From the human T2T-CHM13v2.0 reference genome, Homo sapiens, in NCBI RefSeq assembly GCF_009914755.1, contig NC_060926.1: a DNA stretch of 64,000 nucleotides. The stretch is one strand, 5' to 3'. The translations under genes were made by a program, and so were the position numbers. The notes under the pieces were generated by a model. That model saw only the letters and a program-made list of their open reading frames with translations. It searched no databases and was not told where the DNA came from. Shown piece after piece: positions 12,301 to 35,696 of this stretch (position 1 is the first letter of the stretch; each line of letters starts with the position of its first letter).

Positions 12301-14410
12301 AAGCTTACAAAAAAATTATATAGTTATAACAGGTCATTTTAAGCTGATACCATCTTAACTTTAATTGCAAAGAGAAGAAACTGAAACGCAATCTACAGTT
12401 CAAACACCATCCCTCCACACTTTTACTTTTTGATGTTTCAATTTACATAATTTTATATTATATATCTCTTAAACAATTATGGTAGCTATTATAATTAATA
12501 ATTTTTGTTTTAGTCTTCATACTAATGATAGTAGTGGTTTACAGGCCACAATTACAGTATTGGTGTATTCTTAATTTGTATGCTTTTACCACAGAGTTTT
12601 ATACTTTCAGATGTTGTTTTGATACATGTTAGAATGTTTTCCTTTCAAATGGAAGGACTCCTTTTAGCATTTATTCAAAGACTTGTCTGTTAGTTATGTA
12701 TTTCCTTAGCTTTTGTTTTTCTGGTAAAATCATTCCCCTTCATGTTTGAAGGATAGCTTTTCTGGGTATAATATTCTTTGTTGAAAGGTTTTTTTGTGTG
12801 TGTGTTTTGTTCTAGCACTTCTAAAATATTATCCCAGTCTTTCTTGGAAGGTAGGGTTTCTGCTGAAAAATCTGCTGGAAGCTCTATTGGGGCTCTGTTG
12901 TATTTGGTATACTTCTTTTCTCTTGCTGCTTTCAGTATTCTTTGTCTTCAATTTTTAATAATTTAATTATGATGTGCCTTGGTGAATTCCTCTTTGGATT
13001 GAATTTAATTGTTGACTTCTGAGCTTTCTATACCTGGATGTTGTTGTTATTCTCCATATTTGGAAAGTTTTCAGCCATTATTGTCTTAAATAATCTTTCT
13101 AGGCTGTTTTTTTCTTTTGTCTCCTTCAGTAATAGAAAGGTTTATTCCCTTTATGGTGTTTCATAATGCTTGTAGGCCTTTTTCCCTCTTTCTTGGTCTT
13201 TCTTTTCCTCTTCTCATTGGATAAATTTGTGTGTTCTGTCTTCAAGCTCACTGATTCTCTTCTCTTTTGGTCAAGTCTGCTGTTGAAGATTTCTGGTGAG
13301 GTTTTTAATTCATTTATTGTATCTATAATATAAAATTTCTATTTTTTATTGCTTTTGTCAAATTTCTGCTTTTATTCCTAGGTTGTTTTTCTTAATTTTC
13401 TATACATATTTTCTTGTGATTCTCTGCATTTCTTTGAGTATTATTCTGAATTCTTTGTTAGATATGTTATAGATCTTTAATTCTTCTGGCTCCATTACTG
13501 GAGCTTTGTTAATTCTTTTGGTGAAGTCATGTTTTCCTGATTTTCCCTTGTGTCTTCATATTCATTCCTGTGCATTTGCTGAAATAGCCACCTCTTCCAT
13601 CTATTGCAGTTGTTCTTTGGTGGTTTTAGACTTTTACCAATTGTTACCAGAGTTTAATCATGGGCCCGTTTGTTGCTTCGAATTCTAGGGAGACCTTATA
13701 GTGAGCATCAGAACTAAAATATGGCACCAGAACTTACTCACTGCCCTTCTGCTGTTTCCCATGCTGAGGATGACTTATTGCAGTCTGAAGAAAACTTAAG
13801 CACACATCAGAATTTAATTGGTAACCTTTTAGGTTTTGCAAGTTAGGGGATTCTTGACACAAATACTTAGGCTTTGTGAGGAACCCAGCCAGGGTTTTGG
13901 GCCTTCACATATACTAGGCTCCCTTTAGCACCAAGATACCAGGCAGCATTCTCAGCATGGCTTCCCAACTGATAGGAAAACAGAGCAGATACCAAGATTT
14001 TCATGCTTGTCACTGCAATCAGTGTCCCCAGTCTTCTTTCCAATTTACCCCACATCATTGAGCCCTGTTGGCCCTCCCATTGCTTCCTGTGGAATGAAAT
14101 CAGTTTGGCCCCCCATGAAGATTCCCAGACTGGTGAGGAGATTAAACATCCACCTTTATTTCTTCCCAAGAAACTGTGAGTCTAAGGAAATTCTCTGAGA
14201 GTGGTGTTATGCCTGCTTGGGAGACGTGGGCGTTTACCAGCTGTGGCTTCTGTCATTTTTGTGGCTCAGGGTATTTTTGTGCTTCTTTTCCAAGTTCTTG
14301 TGAACTCAAGGTGGCATTCTTGCCTTTGAATACTTTCTAGGTGTACTTTTGTTGAGGGGAGTAATGCTGAGGGATCTTCTATCCTGCTCTCTTGCTGATG
14401 TCACTCCTCT
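6350..14410 (-). mobile_element. Near full-length old L1MA (about L1MA4-5), interrupted by a younger L1PA7
   Basis: L1MA 3'UTR at ~6350-6900, degenerate ORF2/ORF1 (ORFs 11708..11935 endonuclease-like, 10511..10828), 5' terminus AGAGGAGTGACATCAGCAAGA on minus strand at ~14390-14410; possible TSD aattttctttt on both sides. Confidence 0.85.
8480..10103 (-). mobile_element. L1PA7-like insertion with 5' inversion (twin priming), nested in L1MA ORF2
   Basis: Minus-strand 3' part 8480-9742; plus-strand ORF2 piece ~9744-10103 (ORF 9859..10086 [16 protein letters not shown]...); host L1MA resumes after duplicated ttccttttt. Confidence 0.9.
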
Positions 14411-14455
14411 TAATTTTCTTTTAAGTATTGTTGAATACAAAGTCTTGTTGCCTAC

Positions 14456-14866
14456 TGATGTGGTTTGTCTCTGTGTCCTTACCCAAATCTCATGTTCTTG
14501 TAATCCCCAATGTTGGAGATTGGGCCTGGTGGCAGGTGATTGGATCATAGGGGAGGTTTCTCATGAATGGTTTAGCAATATCTCTCGATGCTGTTTTCAT
14601 GATAGTGAGTGGGCGAATTGTGAGATCTGGTTGTTTAAAAGTGTGTAGCACCTTCCCCCTCCTCTTCCTCCTTCTGTGACCATGTAAGATGTGCCTGCTT
14701 CCTCTTCACCTTCCACCATTATTGTAAGTTTCCTGAGGCCTCCCCAGAAGCAGAAACCACTATACTTCCTGTACAGCCTGTAGAACCCTGAGCCAATTAA
14801 ACTTTTCTTTATAAATTACCCAGTCTCAGATAATTTTTTATAGCAATGAAAAAACAGACTAATACA
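14456..14866 (+). mobile_element. MSTA-like MaLR solo LTR
   Basis: TGATGTGGTTTG...ACCCAAATCTCATG start, ATTAAA poly(A) signal, GACTAATACA end. Confidence 0.88.
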
Positions 14867-14925
14867 TACCTTTAATTTTTCTAATTAAAGGACTAATACT
14901 AATACCTTTCATTAGACCTTTAATG

Positions 14926-14959
14926 AATTATAGACTAATTCTAATTATAGACTAATTCT
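14926..14959. repeat. Perfect 17-bp tandem duplication (aattatagactaattct)x2
   Basis: Direct reading of sequence. Confidence 0.9.
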
Positions 14960-15046
14960 AATACATTTAATTTTTCTCCATAGAATTATTACTAATTGTT
15001 ATTACTTTGCTATAGAATATCCAGATAAAGTGTTTAATTTCCTTTA

Positions 15047-15344
<298 letters not shown>

Positions 15345-16609
15345 AGTGCTAAATTTAATACATTGAAGGAGAGATTCATTTCTGACAGAACATGGAACTT
15401 AAAATGAATATGAGTCAGCCTTTCTTACTACATATTGTAGATTGATCTCTTAGTGTTTTGATCGACAGCTAGTATCTCAGTCGTACCATAGATCAGTTCT
15501 CATCTCTGATGCCACTAGTGTCACAAAAATTGATTTGCCATTACTCTGTTACCTCTGATCTTTGAAGTGGTAGGGTATTAAACTTTTCTATTGGTGAGAA
15601 ACATAATTTTGGCACAGTTATGTTTCAAATATATGTTATTGATTGCAAAGAGAATGAATCTTTACACAATGCTAAGCAAACAAATACACATACCAGGTAG
15701 ATAGTGACTCAGTGATATCAGCATTTTACATACTAAATTATTGCTTGTAGTCTCAGAAAATAGTATTTAATCCCTAAAGTATACCTTTAAAATTAGAAAA
15801 GATAGTATGGCAAATTTAGTAACTTTTAATAAGGGCTCAATATAATCTGTTGCTTTAGAATTCCATCACTGTGCAGAAAATTGACCTTATTTTGTGCATG
15901 TTTCATTTTTCAAATTGATTTTCTGTATTTTACCTCTGTAATTACTACATATGTTTCGAATTTTGTCTTCAGTCATTTCAGCTAATTGAATGTAAAATTT
16001 ATATGATGGTTATATTGAAAATGATTTAAAATTATTGGTTGGTGAAATTGCTGTTATATTGGTATTGATATACAAGCAATAATTACCTTACTTTGTAGAG
16101 TAATTACAAGGATGATACTCCTCTACTTATAGTTGTGGGAGTTTGATTCATATTATATTTTTTATTTGTTGCGAATTTTATTTTCAGGTTTATGCATTTA
16201 TTCTGTGTGATTTTTGGCATCCTGGAAACCTGTGCCCACTATGATATTTTTTAAATACCTTAAAAAATTCTTCACTACATAATCTGCAAGACTGAAGTTC
16301 TAGTGTCTTTGATTTATTCTTCAGTTGTTTGCAATGTGGTTGGAATTTATGGCCCCAAACCATAATGTGGAAATGAGAAACAACACTGGAATCTACATTC
16401 AAGCTTGGGCCCTTTGCTCTTTTCTCAGAGGCTTATCCAAGCACACAGCGAGTTTATTATCCCTTTTCATCTTGATGGGACAGCTTAAATTGACTAATTC
16501 CCAGATGCGTACAAATATAAGTAAGGGGAAAATGTTACTTAAATACTTCGATTTATTTTTTTTTTGTCGTTAAAATAAAAACAACTGCTGCTATCAAGAG
16601 AAGCTAGGT

Positions 16610-16797
16610 ATATGTTTCTTTAACTTTTGTGTGCATAAGAATCACCTGGAGAGATGGTTCGACACAGATTTCTAAGTATAACAGTCAGAGATTTTGATTC
16701 CGTACATTGAGCAGTTGGGTGCTTTAGAATTTTCCTTTTGGATTAGCTACAAGTTGCTGATGCTACCTGTACAAGGACCATATAATGAGTAGCCCTG
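16610..16797. mobile_element. MER5A/B-like hAT DNA transposon fossil
   Basis: gcataagaatcacctggaga...gattttgattc...gctgatgct...ggaccata pattern, ~190 bp. Confidence 0.65.
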
Positions 16798-17701
16798 TGA
16801 TGGATGATAAGCAATCAGAGGTATCTTCCTAATGTTTAAAACTTTGAGGAAAATGGGTACATTCATTAAGTAGGCACACAAAATATCTTCCACATATTTG
16901 GATGTTAATGATAAAGAGAACTTCTAGGGTGCAAATCTGGTGGTAACTATGCTGAACATATATTTTTTCACAGACATTTTACATTAGAATAATCCTGTGA
17001 GATTCTTAATTACCAAAACTCATTGGACTTCAAATGGAAGTTGCATTTATTAATGATTAGTTATCAAGAAAATTATGTGAATTACTGATTGTTTTATAGA
17101 GAAGATTGTTTTAAAAAGCATGTTTGATGTATACATTAAATTTTTTGCTAAATGTCCTTGGGGTTGTGGGGTATTGTAAATCAAATTTACATTAAGTGGA
17201 TGATTAAAATTAAAAGCTGATTTTTAATCTGTTTTCTAATAATTCATCACAAATTTAACTAATTAAAAGAAAACTTGCTTTCAATTTGTACCAGTTGATA
17301 ACTTTTTATTGATGTACTAAATCTTGTAAATTGGTTATAACTATTTGTGAATAAAATCTCATAACATATCAGAAAAATGGACTGTGGGTTCCAATAACAG
17401 TGGATTATCCAGTTGCAAATTAGCGTTTTAATGAGAACTACCAGAAAAACTGGTTAATATTTTTTAAATAAAAATAAATTTTACAACACAATGACCATGG
17501 TAGGGAGCACAGGAGAGGCCCAGATGCTGGATTTATCTTGCAGGTAATTGTCAATTTGCACGTGAAAATTACCAGGCTAAGAAGCCGGAAGAAGTTTTAG
17601 CAGTCTTCAAATACTATGATGTTCAGAGTATACCAAGTAGGAGCTTAACTACCCAAGCTTTCAATTGATACCACTAAAGTGTTACATCTTGGAATTGAGA
17701 T

Positions 17702-18270
17702 TGTAATGGGAAGACTTGTAAGATGGCTCCCAGTGACCCACATTTTTTGTCATTCCCTCCCTTTGAGTATGAGAGGACCTATGGATGTGATGGGATATTA
17801 TAACTGTGACTAGATTCAATTTTGTGACCAAGATGAAGAGATTCTGCAGATGTATTAAGGTCCCAAATCAGCTGGATTTTGAGTTAATTAGAAAGGAGAT
17901 TATCTTAGGTGCACCTGATTTAATAAACTCTTCAAGGAGTGACTGAGACATTGCTTGTGAGAGAGACGCTCTTACTGGCCTTGAAGTAGTAAGCTGCCAT
18001 ATCATAATAGGGCCCTGTGGCGAGGCACTGTGAGTGGCCTTTAGACTTTGTGAGCAGCTGTCAACTGACAGCCAACAAGAAAACAGGGACTTCATTCCTA
18101 CACCTGAAAGGATTGAATTTGTCACCAATCATGTGAGCTCAAAAGATAATTCTAAACTCCAGAAAGGAGCAAGGCCTGGCCAACACCTTGATTTTGGTTT
18201 TGTGAGCCCCTGAGCTGATGGCATTGATAAACTGCCCAAATGCCTTACCCATAGAAACTGTGGGAACCTT
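17702..18270 (+). mobile_element. MLT1E/F-like MaLR LTR
   Basis: taagatggctcccagtgaccc, gcagatgtattaaggtcccaaatcagctg, gccaacaccttgattt, cccatagaaactgtg motifs. Confidence 0.75.
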
Positions 18271-18978
18271 AAATGGGAAAATGAAAGGTTGCGATTATTC
18301 TGTATAGTTCCTTTCATTTCTAAACATTATGTTTTCAAGTTGTGTTAGTATTATATTCTGAATTGAGTTTGTTAGAATTGATTCCATATGAGGAATATGT
18401 TGTTTATTCATCAAGAAGGAATTTATATACTTAGGAAAAGGCCTAGAAATATGTTCACCAAACTCTCAAAAATTGATATTATAGTTACATTACATACCTA
18501 TGTTAGAGTATAGGATAAAGAGGCGATGGTTGGGAGATAGAGAAGGGAATGCTAACATTTTGTTTATGCACTTCTATACTTTAGATTTTTTGTATAGAAG
18601 GAGCATTGTTTACTCTTTACTGTTTTTACACCTGAATATCAACTTTAAGACAGCAATACAACACATCAGGGACAAAATTGTTTCCATATATAGTCTTAGG
18701 TTGTCTATTACCAACTATGGCCTAATCTAGACTTGATGACACATTAGGAAATCTATCTTGTATTCAACGCAAAGATAGAACCCTTCATATTTCCACTCCT
18801 ATTCCATCCCTACCCCTCCGTCAGTGCCCCCCAACTATTCTCATGGTTATCAAATTTTAGTATCTGGATGTTCATCCTCAACTTGTTATTTGCTTCATTA
18901 TGCTTAATTAGAATCTCATTACAGTTGGTTGGGTCAACTAAAATTTTTCTCTCATAAGAGACAGGATCAACTCCCAAA

Positions 18979-19115
18979 TTCCAGTACTATTTTGAATAGG
19001 AGTGGTGGGAGTGGGCATCCTTTTCTGGCTCTGGTTCTCAAAGGGAATGCTTCCAGCTTTTGCCCATTCAATATGATGTTGACTATGGTTTTGCCATAGG
19101 TGGTTCTTATTATTT
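18979..19115 (-). mobile_element. Isolated 137-bp L1 ORF2 (RT region) fragment related to the neighbouring L1PA16
   Basis: ttccagtactattttgaataggagtgg...ttcttattattt; 36-bp identical core with 21036-21071. Confidence 0.8.
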
Positions 19116-19249
19116 CGATTCATATCTTTTCACTCAGTTCTCCCTTAGGAATATTTGGGTTATCCATTATCTTGGAATATAATTCTATATCATTTTCCTA
19201 TCTGACCTTCGTATATTACCACTTGTGCTAACAATTTCTCTCTGGGGTT

Positions 19250-25820
<6,571 letters not shown>

Positions 25821-26366
25821 TCTGATAATTCTCTTTATCTACCTCACCCAAAATATACTTGTAGTGAAAATATACAATTTCCCTTATTGACATATACATT
25901 GAATAGAAAAATAAAACAAAACATGCATATTATCTTCTGAAAAATATGTATCCATTTTCTATAGCTAGATAAATATTTAATGGAAGAAACAATGCCTCAT
26001 ATGTGTGGGCAGAAGTTAAAAAAGGAAAAATAAAAGATATGGTACTTCTTTTCTAATACCAGAGTTTGAAGTGCTTCCATTCTTATTCTACTTTGTTTTG
26101 GTTAGCAACTTAAAATATGAATTATTGCCATCAGAATAAATCTGATTTAGTGAATTTATTTTAAGTTGTATTTGAAAAAATAGCAATATTTGTTAAAAAT
26201 TTAACAATAAAAAATTAAATTAGTTACTTCCTGGTCTTTGATAAGTCCTAAAGCATGACATCATTGTTGAACTTAGAAAATCTCTGTGCTGATGTAGGTA
26301 CTTCCAATCATTAGGTGGGATTCTGCCACTATATCAATAAGATGTGTCTGGTACACTGATATTTGT

Positions 26367-26374
26367 TGACGTCA
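26367..26374. promoter_or_regulatory. Perfect CRE palindrome TGACGTCA
   Basis: Motif match with intact CpG in unique, CpG-depleted sequence; function not shown. Confidence 0.3.
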
Positions 26375-27257
26375 CTGATTCCTAGTTCTCTCAGGAGTCT
26401 CTCTGTGGCTTTCCAACATTCCCCTGGGAGAAAACGCAGCTATCAGTGGACAACTTTTCCCATTTTATTCTGAGTTTTTAAACTATTTTCTGTCCACTTG
26501 AAAATTTATGTTACTCATCACATTGCCTTCTCCTACTTTAATTATACTATGTTTGGAAGAAATGAATGAAAACTTAAATTTAAATCACATAATAATATCT
26601 ATAGGAAGCATCTTACTGTCACATATTTTGAATGTTCCTAGTTGCAATTAGTTTTCACCCCCAATATTTAGCTTCTCAGTGTCATGATTTTGTACTCTCC
26701 TGCCTAAAAAGAAAATCTACGTTCTTTCTTTAAATTTTAAAATTATATTTATCCTAATATTTTACGTAACTAAGAACACATGACTGTAATCACTTGAAAG
26801 GTATTGTGAAAATACGAATGTTTTAGGTACAAACTCAGAGGTGCCAGACAAAATGAAATTAATCAGTATCTACTTGTGTTGAGCAGTTACCAGCACAGAT
26901 GGTAGGAAATTAGCTTATTCTTTGTCTCAATATATTAATGATGCAAAATTACATGTATTTCACTTTGGACAAATATCTGACAGACTAGCAAGCAATATTT
27001 TAGAAACATGACCCCTTGATTGATAATGGAGCGAAGCATTTAATACCTTAAGTCTAACTTAAATTTAATACATTCTATATCATTTTAGATGCCTCCATCT
27101 AAGCTTTTTAAATTGGGACATTACACAAAGTGATCAAAATAGAGTTTCAGTGACTTTGTGGAGTATAGAATTAGAATTTTGAATTCTTCATTCATAAACA
27201 CAGGGGTGATTTTTAAAGATTATGTTTGGCACTTAAGTCTTGATGGTTGTCTCCTGA

Positions 27258-27604
<347 letters not shown>

Positions 27605-29139
27605 TAGATTGTTAAATCAACAAATCAAGCCAACAGGATGATTTGAGGATTTATATAAAACAACTAGAAAACTGAACAACAATAATAATTTTTATTTTTT
27701 AATGAAATATATCAATAATTGAATGTTAAAAGGTGTGATGTAAATGATCATTGTTGAAAAGAAAGAGTGATCGGTCAAGGGATTTTTGTTGTTGTTGCTA
27801 TGGGCTTAAGAAATGAAGAATGTGGAATTAATGAGAAGTTGAGAATTTTCTGAGGGGCTGGGTAAGAAACTACAAGAGATATAGAGAAATACAGTATGTG
27901 AACAGAAAGTAGTCTTTTTTTCCTCTGGAAGATTAACATATAGACAAAAGAAAACCAATGAGGAACCCACAATCTTGGGAAGAACAGATAACAGAGTATC
28001 CACAGGGAGCTGTATCCCAGAAAGGGCACGAGATGAGAAATGCAGACTTCATTTTTTCATCTATAAAATGAGAATTTTTCATTCTCTTTAGTCTGACTAA
28101 TATGACTTTCATGGAGATATTTTAAAATTGTAAATGATATGAAATATAATAATAGATAATACTGGCATTATATTAGTTATAAAGTAAAATCATATCCACA
28201 TATAACTTTTCACATCCTTGTATGAGTAGGAATGGGCAGTACTAGCTTTGGAGCCATAATGTCCTCATTATTTGAAAAAACTGTCAAAATCCACTCTCTT
28301 CCTAAATAATTGGTTAATATGATATTAAAATGTAAAATGAAGCCTACTCTTTGAAAATTACACGATAAGTACACCACTTTAGTACTTACTTAAAATTTTG
28401 TTCTTTATAGATTACTAGGGTGTTATTCATAAGTGCAACATTGAGAAATTTACATATTTTCCCAAGAATTTGGGAAGAATATAATGAATGTTTTTTTCTT
28501 GCTTAAAAACACTCACAAATTAATCTGCAACTTATTATTGACTATAAAGTTATTCGTATCGCTCTGGCAAATGAGTAAACCCAGTTCATATCTGAAATAT
28601 AAAACTTTTCTTTCTAAATAAAGAACAAGTTTTACTATTTTTGAAACATCCTATTTATGGCTTATCACTACAAGTTAATATGCACATTGTGGAGTTTATT
28701 TTTGTTATTCGTAGGGAGAATTTTAGGTATTGTAGCCACCTTCTAAAGATCTGAAATGAGTTTTAGTTGTGACATGTATTGTCTTTAGGTCCTATTTATA
28801 TTTTCAGTTTAGGTGGAAATAGTTCTTTTTGACACGTCCACTGCTTACTTTTTGTTATTATCCTTTGCTTACTTTTATGCCTCCAAAAGTTTGTTGCTTT
28901 ATAATTGATTTGCCTTTAATTCACTGTAATCTTCATTGCAATAGAATGAAGTAAGCTTGTCAGGTGTGATTCCTAGCTCTTTTTATATTTAGGAATTCAA
29001 TGGCAGTAGCAACTTGAGAACTGTCTTTTCAGAAATCTCAGTACATTCGCAACTGCAATCTCATACACTCAGTAAATATATGAACGGAAACATTTTTTAC
29101 ATTTCCATTTGTTTTGTTACTATTCCAATTGCTATTTAT

Positions 29140-30102
29140 TGTCAGGGTTTATTCCGTCCTGTAAACTGCCACTCCCAACCATAGGAGAAGGAGCCACGTT
29201 TGCAAAATGCAATTAAAGTAGCCACTTCCTCCAGCTACCTGGACACAGTAATTGTCCACACCTTGTCCAAGCTGGACCAATAAGATTCTCTCAGAATTTG
29301 GAATTGGGTCTCATAGATATCAGTCTCTGCGGTCACTTGAATTAAGTTATTGTAAACTCAAGATGAAAGAGTTCAACCTTTTTTATTAGCTTGTGTGTAT
29401 AGGAAAAAAAACAGAGAATGCCAAACCAGCGAGAAGATAAGAGGATGGGGGATAGGGAGAGGGAATGATGCAAAAGGTGAGGGGATAAGAGAGAGGGAGA
29501 GAGAATGATGAAGAGGGTGAGGGGCTGAGGGAGATGCAGAGAGAATGATGAAGAGGGTGAGGGGCTGAGGGAGATGGTGAGAGAATGGTGGAAAGGGTGA
29601 GGGGATGAGGCAGAGAGAATGATGAAGAGGGCGAGGGAATGAGGGAGAAAGAGAATGAGAGAGAAGGAGAAGAGAAGAGGGAGAGGGACGGGGATGAAGG
29701 AGAGTGAGATGGAAGATGGTAGAAAGGATGAGAGAGGAGGAGGAGGAGAGACAAGAAGAGGGGAGAGGAAAGAGAGGAAGAAGGAAGCCTGGAAAAAGGA
29801 GAAGAAAGGAACAGGAGAGATGAAGGGAGGGAATAGAGAGAAATAACAGGGAGTAGGGAGGAAGAAAGATAAACGAGAGAGAGAGATTGACTGTAGTAAA
29901 GAGATGTATGAAGAGCAGAATCAAGACATTAGGTGTCTTCAGAGAAACAGAAAGAAGCTGAAGCTTCATGCCTCTTTTTATTCCTTGATGCTAGTGCCAG
30001 AATCTTGACTTCACTCTCTGCTCTTGGTTTCCTTGAGTTCCACCCATATTGTTTATTTATTTTGCATCACTCATTCAACCCTAAGAAACTTAACCAAGAT
30101 AT
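29140..30102 (+). mobile_element. LTR33/LTR16-like ERVL LTR split by an expanded purine-rich tract
   Basis: ccaagctggaccaataagattctctcagaatttggaattggg motif; terminal ...caaccctaagaaacttaaccaagata resembles the LTR 3' end. Confidence 0.5.
29430..29890. repeat. Polypurine tract containing a ~40-bp minisatellite (GAGAATGATGAAGAGGGTGAGGGGCTGAGGGAGATGCAGA), ~5.5 copies at 29461-29660
   Basis: Units start at 29461, 29501, 29541, 29581, 29615, 29651; followed by GA-rich low-complexity sequence. Confidence 0.9.
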
Positions 30103-30241
30103 AAATTAAATCAAAGCTTACTAATACCATAATTTAAAAATCAAATGGATTGTTTAGGTTTTTGAACATTTAAAGCCATTTAATATCTTGTTTTGCTATA
30201 GAAATCATTAATTCTTTAGCATATTTGAAAAATACATACAT

Positions 30242-30611
<370 letters not shown>

Positions 30612-30801
30612 TTAGAGTACATGTGCACAACGTACAGGTTTGTTACATATGTATACATGTGCCATGTTGGTGTGCTGCACCCATTAACTCGTTATCTAGC
30701 ATTAGGTATATCTCCTAATGCTATCCCTCCCCCCTACCCCCACCCCACAACAGTCCCCAGAGTGTGATGTTCCCCTTCCTGTGTCCATGTGTTCTCATTG
30801 T

Positions 30802-34618
<3,817 letters not shown>

Positions 34619-34681
34619 TATGATGTTAGCTGGTTATTTTGCTCGTTAGTTGATGCAGTTTCTTCCTAGCCTTGATGGTCT

Positions 34682-35696
34682 TTACAATTTGGCATGGTTT
34701 TGCAGTGGCTGGTACCAGTTGTTCCTTTCCATGTTTAGTGCTTCTTTCAGGAGCTCTTTTAGGTCAGGCCTGGTGGTGACAAAATCTCTCAGCATTTGCT
34801 TGTCTGTAAAGTATTTTATTTCTCCTTCACTTATGAAGCTTAGTTTGGCTGGATATGAGATTCTGGGTTGAAAATTCTTTTCTTTAAGAATGTTGAATAT
34901 TGGTCCCCACTCTCTTCTGGCTTGTAGAGTTTCTGCCGAGAGATCAGCTGTTAGTCTGATGGGCTTCCCTTTGTGGGTAACCCGACCTTTCTCTCTGGCT
35001 GCCCTTAACATTTTTTCCTTCATTTCAACTTTGGTGAATCTGACAGTTATGTGTCTTGGAGTTGCTCTTCTCGAGGAGTATCTTTGTGGCATTCTCTGTA
35101 TTTCCTGAATCTGAATGTTGGCCTGCCTTGCTAGATTGGGGAAGTTCTCCTGGATAATATCCTGCAGAGTGTTTTCCAACTTGGTTGCATTTCTCCCCGT
35201 CACTTTCAGGTACACCAATCACACGTAGATTTGGTCTTTTCACATAGTCCCATATTTCTTGGAGGCTTTGTTCATTTCTTTTCTTTTTTCTCTAAACTTC
35301 CCTTCTCGCTTCATTTCATTTATTTCGTCTTCCATCACTGATACCCTTTCTTCCAGTTCATTGCATCGGCTCCTGAGGCGTCTGCATTCGTCACGTAGCT
35401 CTCGTGCCTTGGTTTTCAGATCCATCAGGTCCTTTAAGGACGTCTCTGCGTTGGTTATTCTAGTTATCCATTTGTCTAATTTTTTTTTCAAAGCTTTTAA
35501 CTTCTTTGCCATTGGTTTGAATTTCCTCCTGTAGCTCGGAGTAGTTTGATCGTCTGAAGCCTTCTTCTCTCAGCTTGTCAAACTCATTCTCCATCCAGCT
35601 TTGTTCCGTTGCTGGTGAGGAGCTGCATTCCTTTGGAGGAGGAGAGGCACTCTGATTTTTAGAGTTTCCAGTTTTTCTGCTCTGTTTTTTTCCCAT
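34682..35696 (-). pseudogene. L1 ORF1 (RNA-binding p40), frameshifted
   Basis: MGKKQSRKTGNSKNQSASPPPKE start; split over ORFs 35460..35696, 35240..35512 and 34682..35218. Confidence 0.93.

Noticed and set aside
17400-17700. Possible very old L1M 5' fragment (also a possible L1ME 3' end at ~18400-18620)
   Set aside because: Too diverged to call by eye; needs a Dfam HMM search
28993-29183. Open frame after acceptor ttttatatttag (EFNGSSNLRTVFSE...)
   Set aside because: Only weak donors, runs into an LTR, no recognisable homology
29461-29660. Regular ~40-bp periodicity as a CRISPR-like array
   Set aside because: Tandem degenerate units with no unique spacers, human context, no cas genes
29373-29969. 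198-aa Leu/Ser/Pro/His-rich ORF
   Set aside because: Translation of a polypyrimidine low-complexity/minisatellite strand
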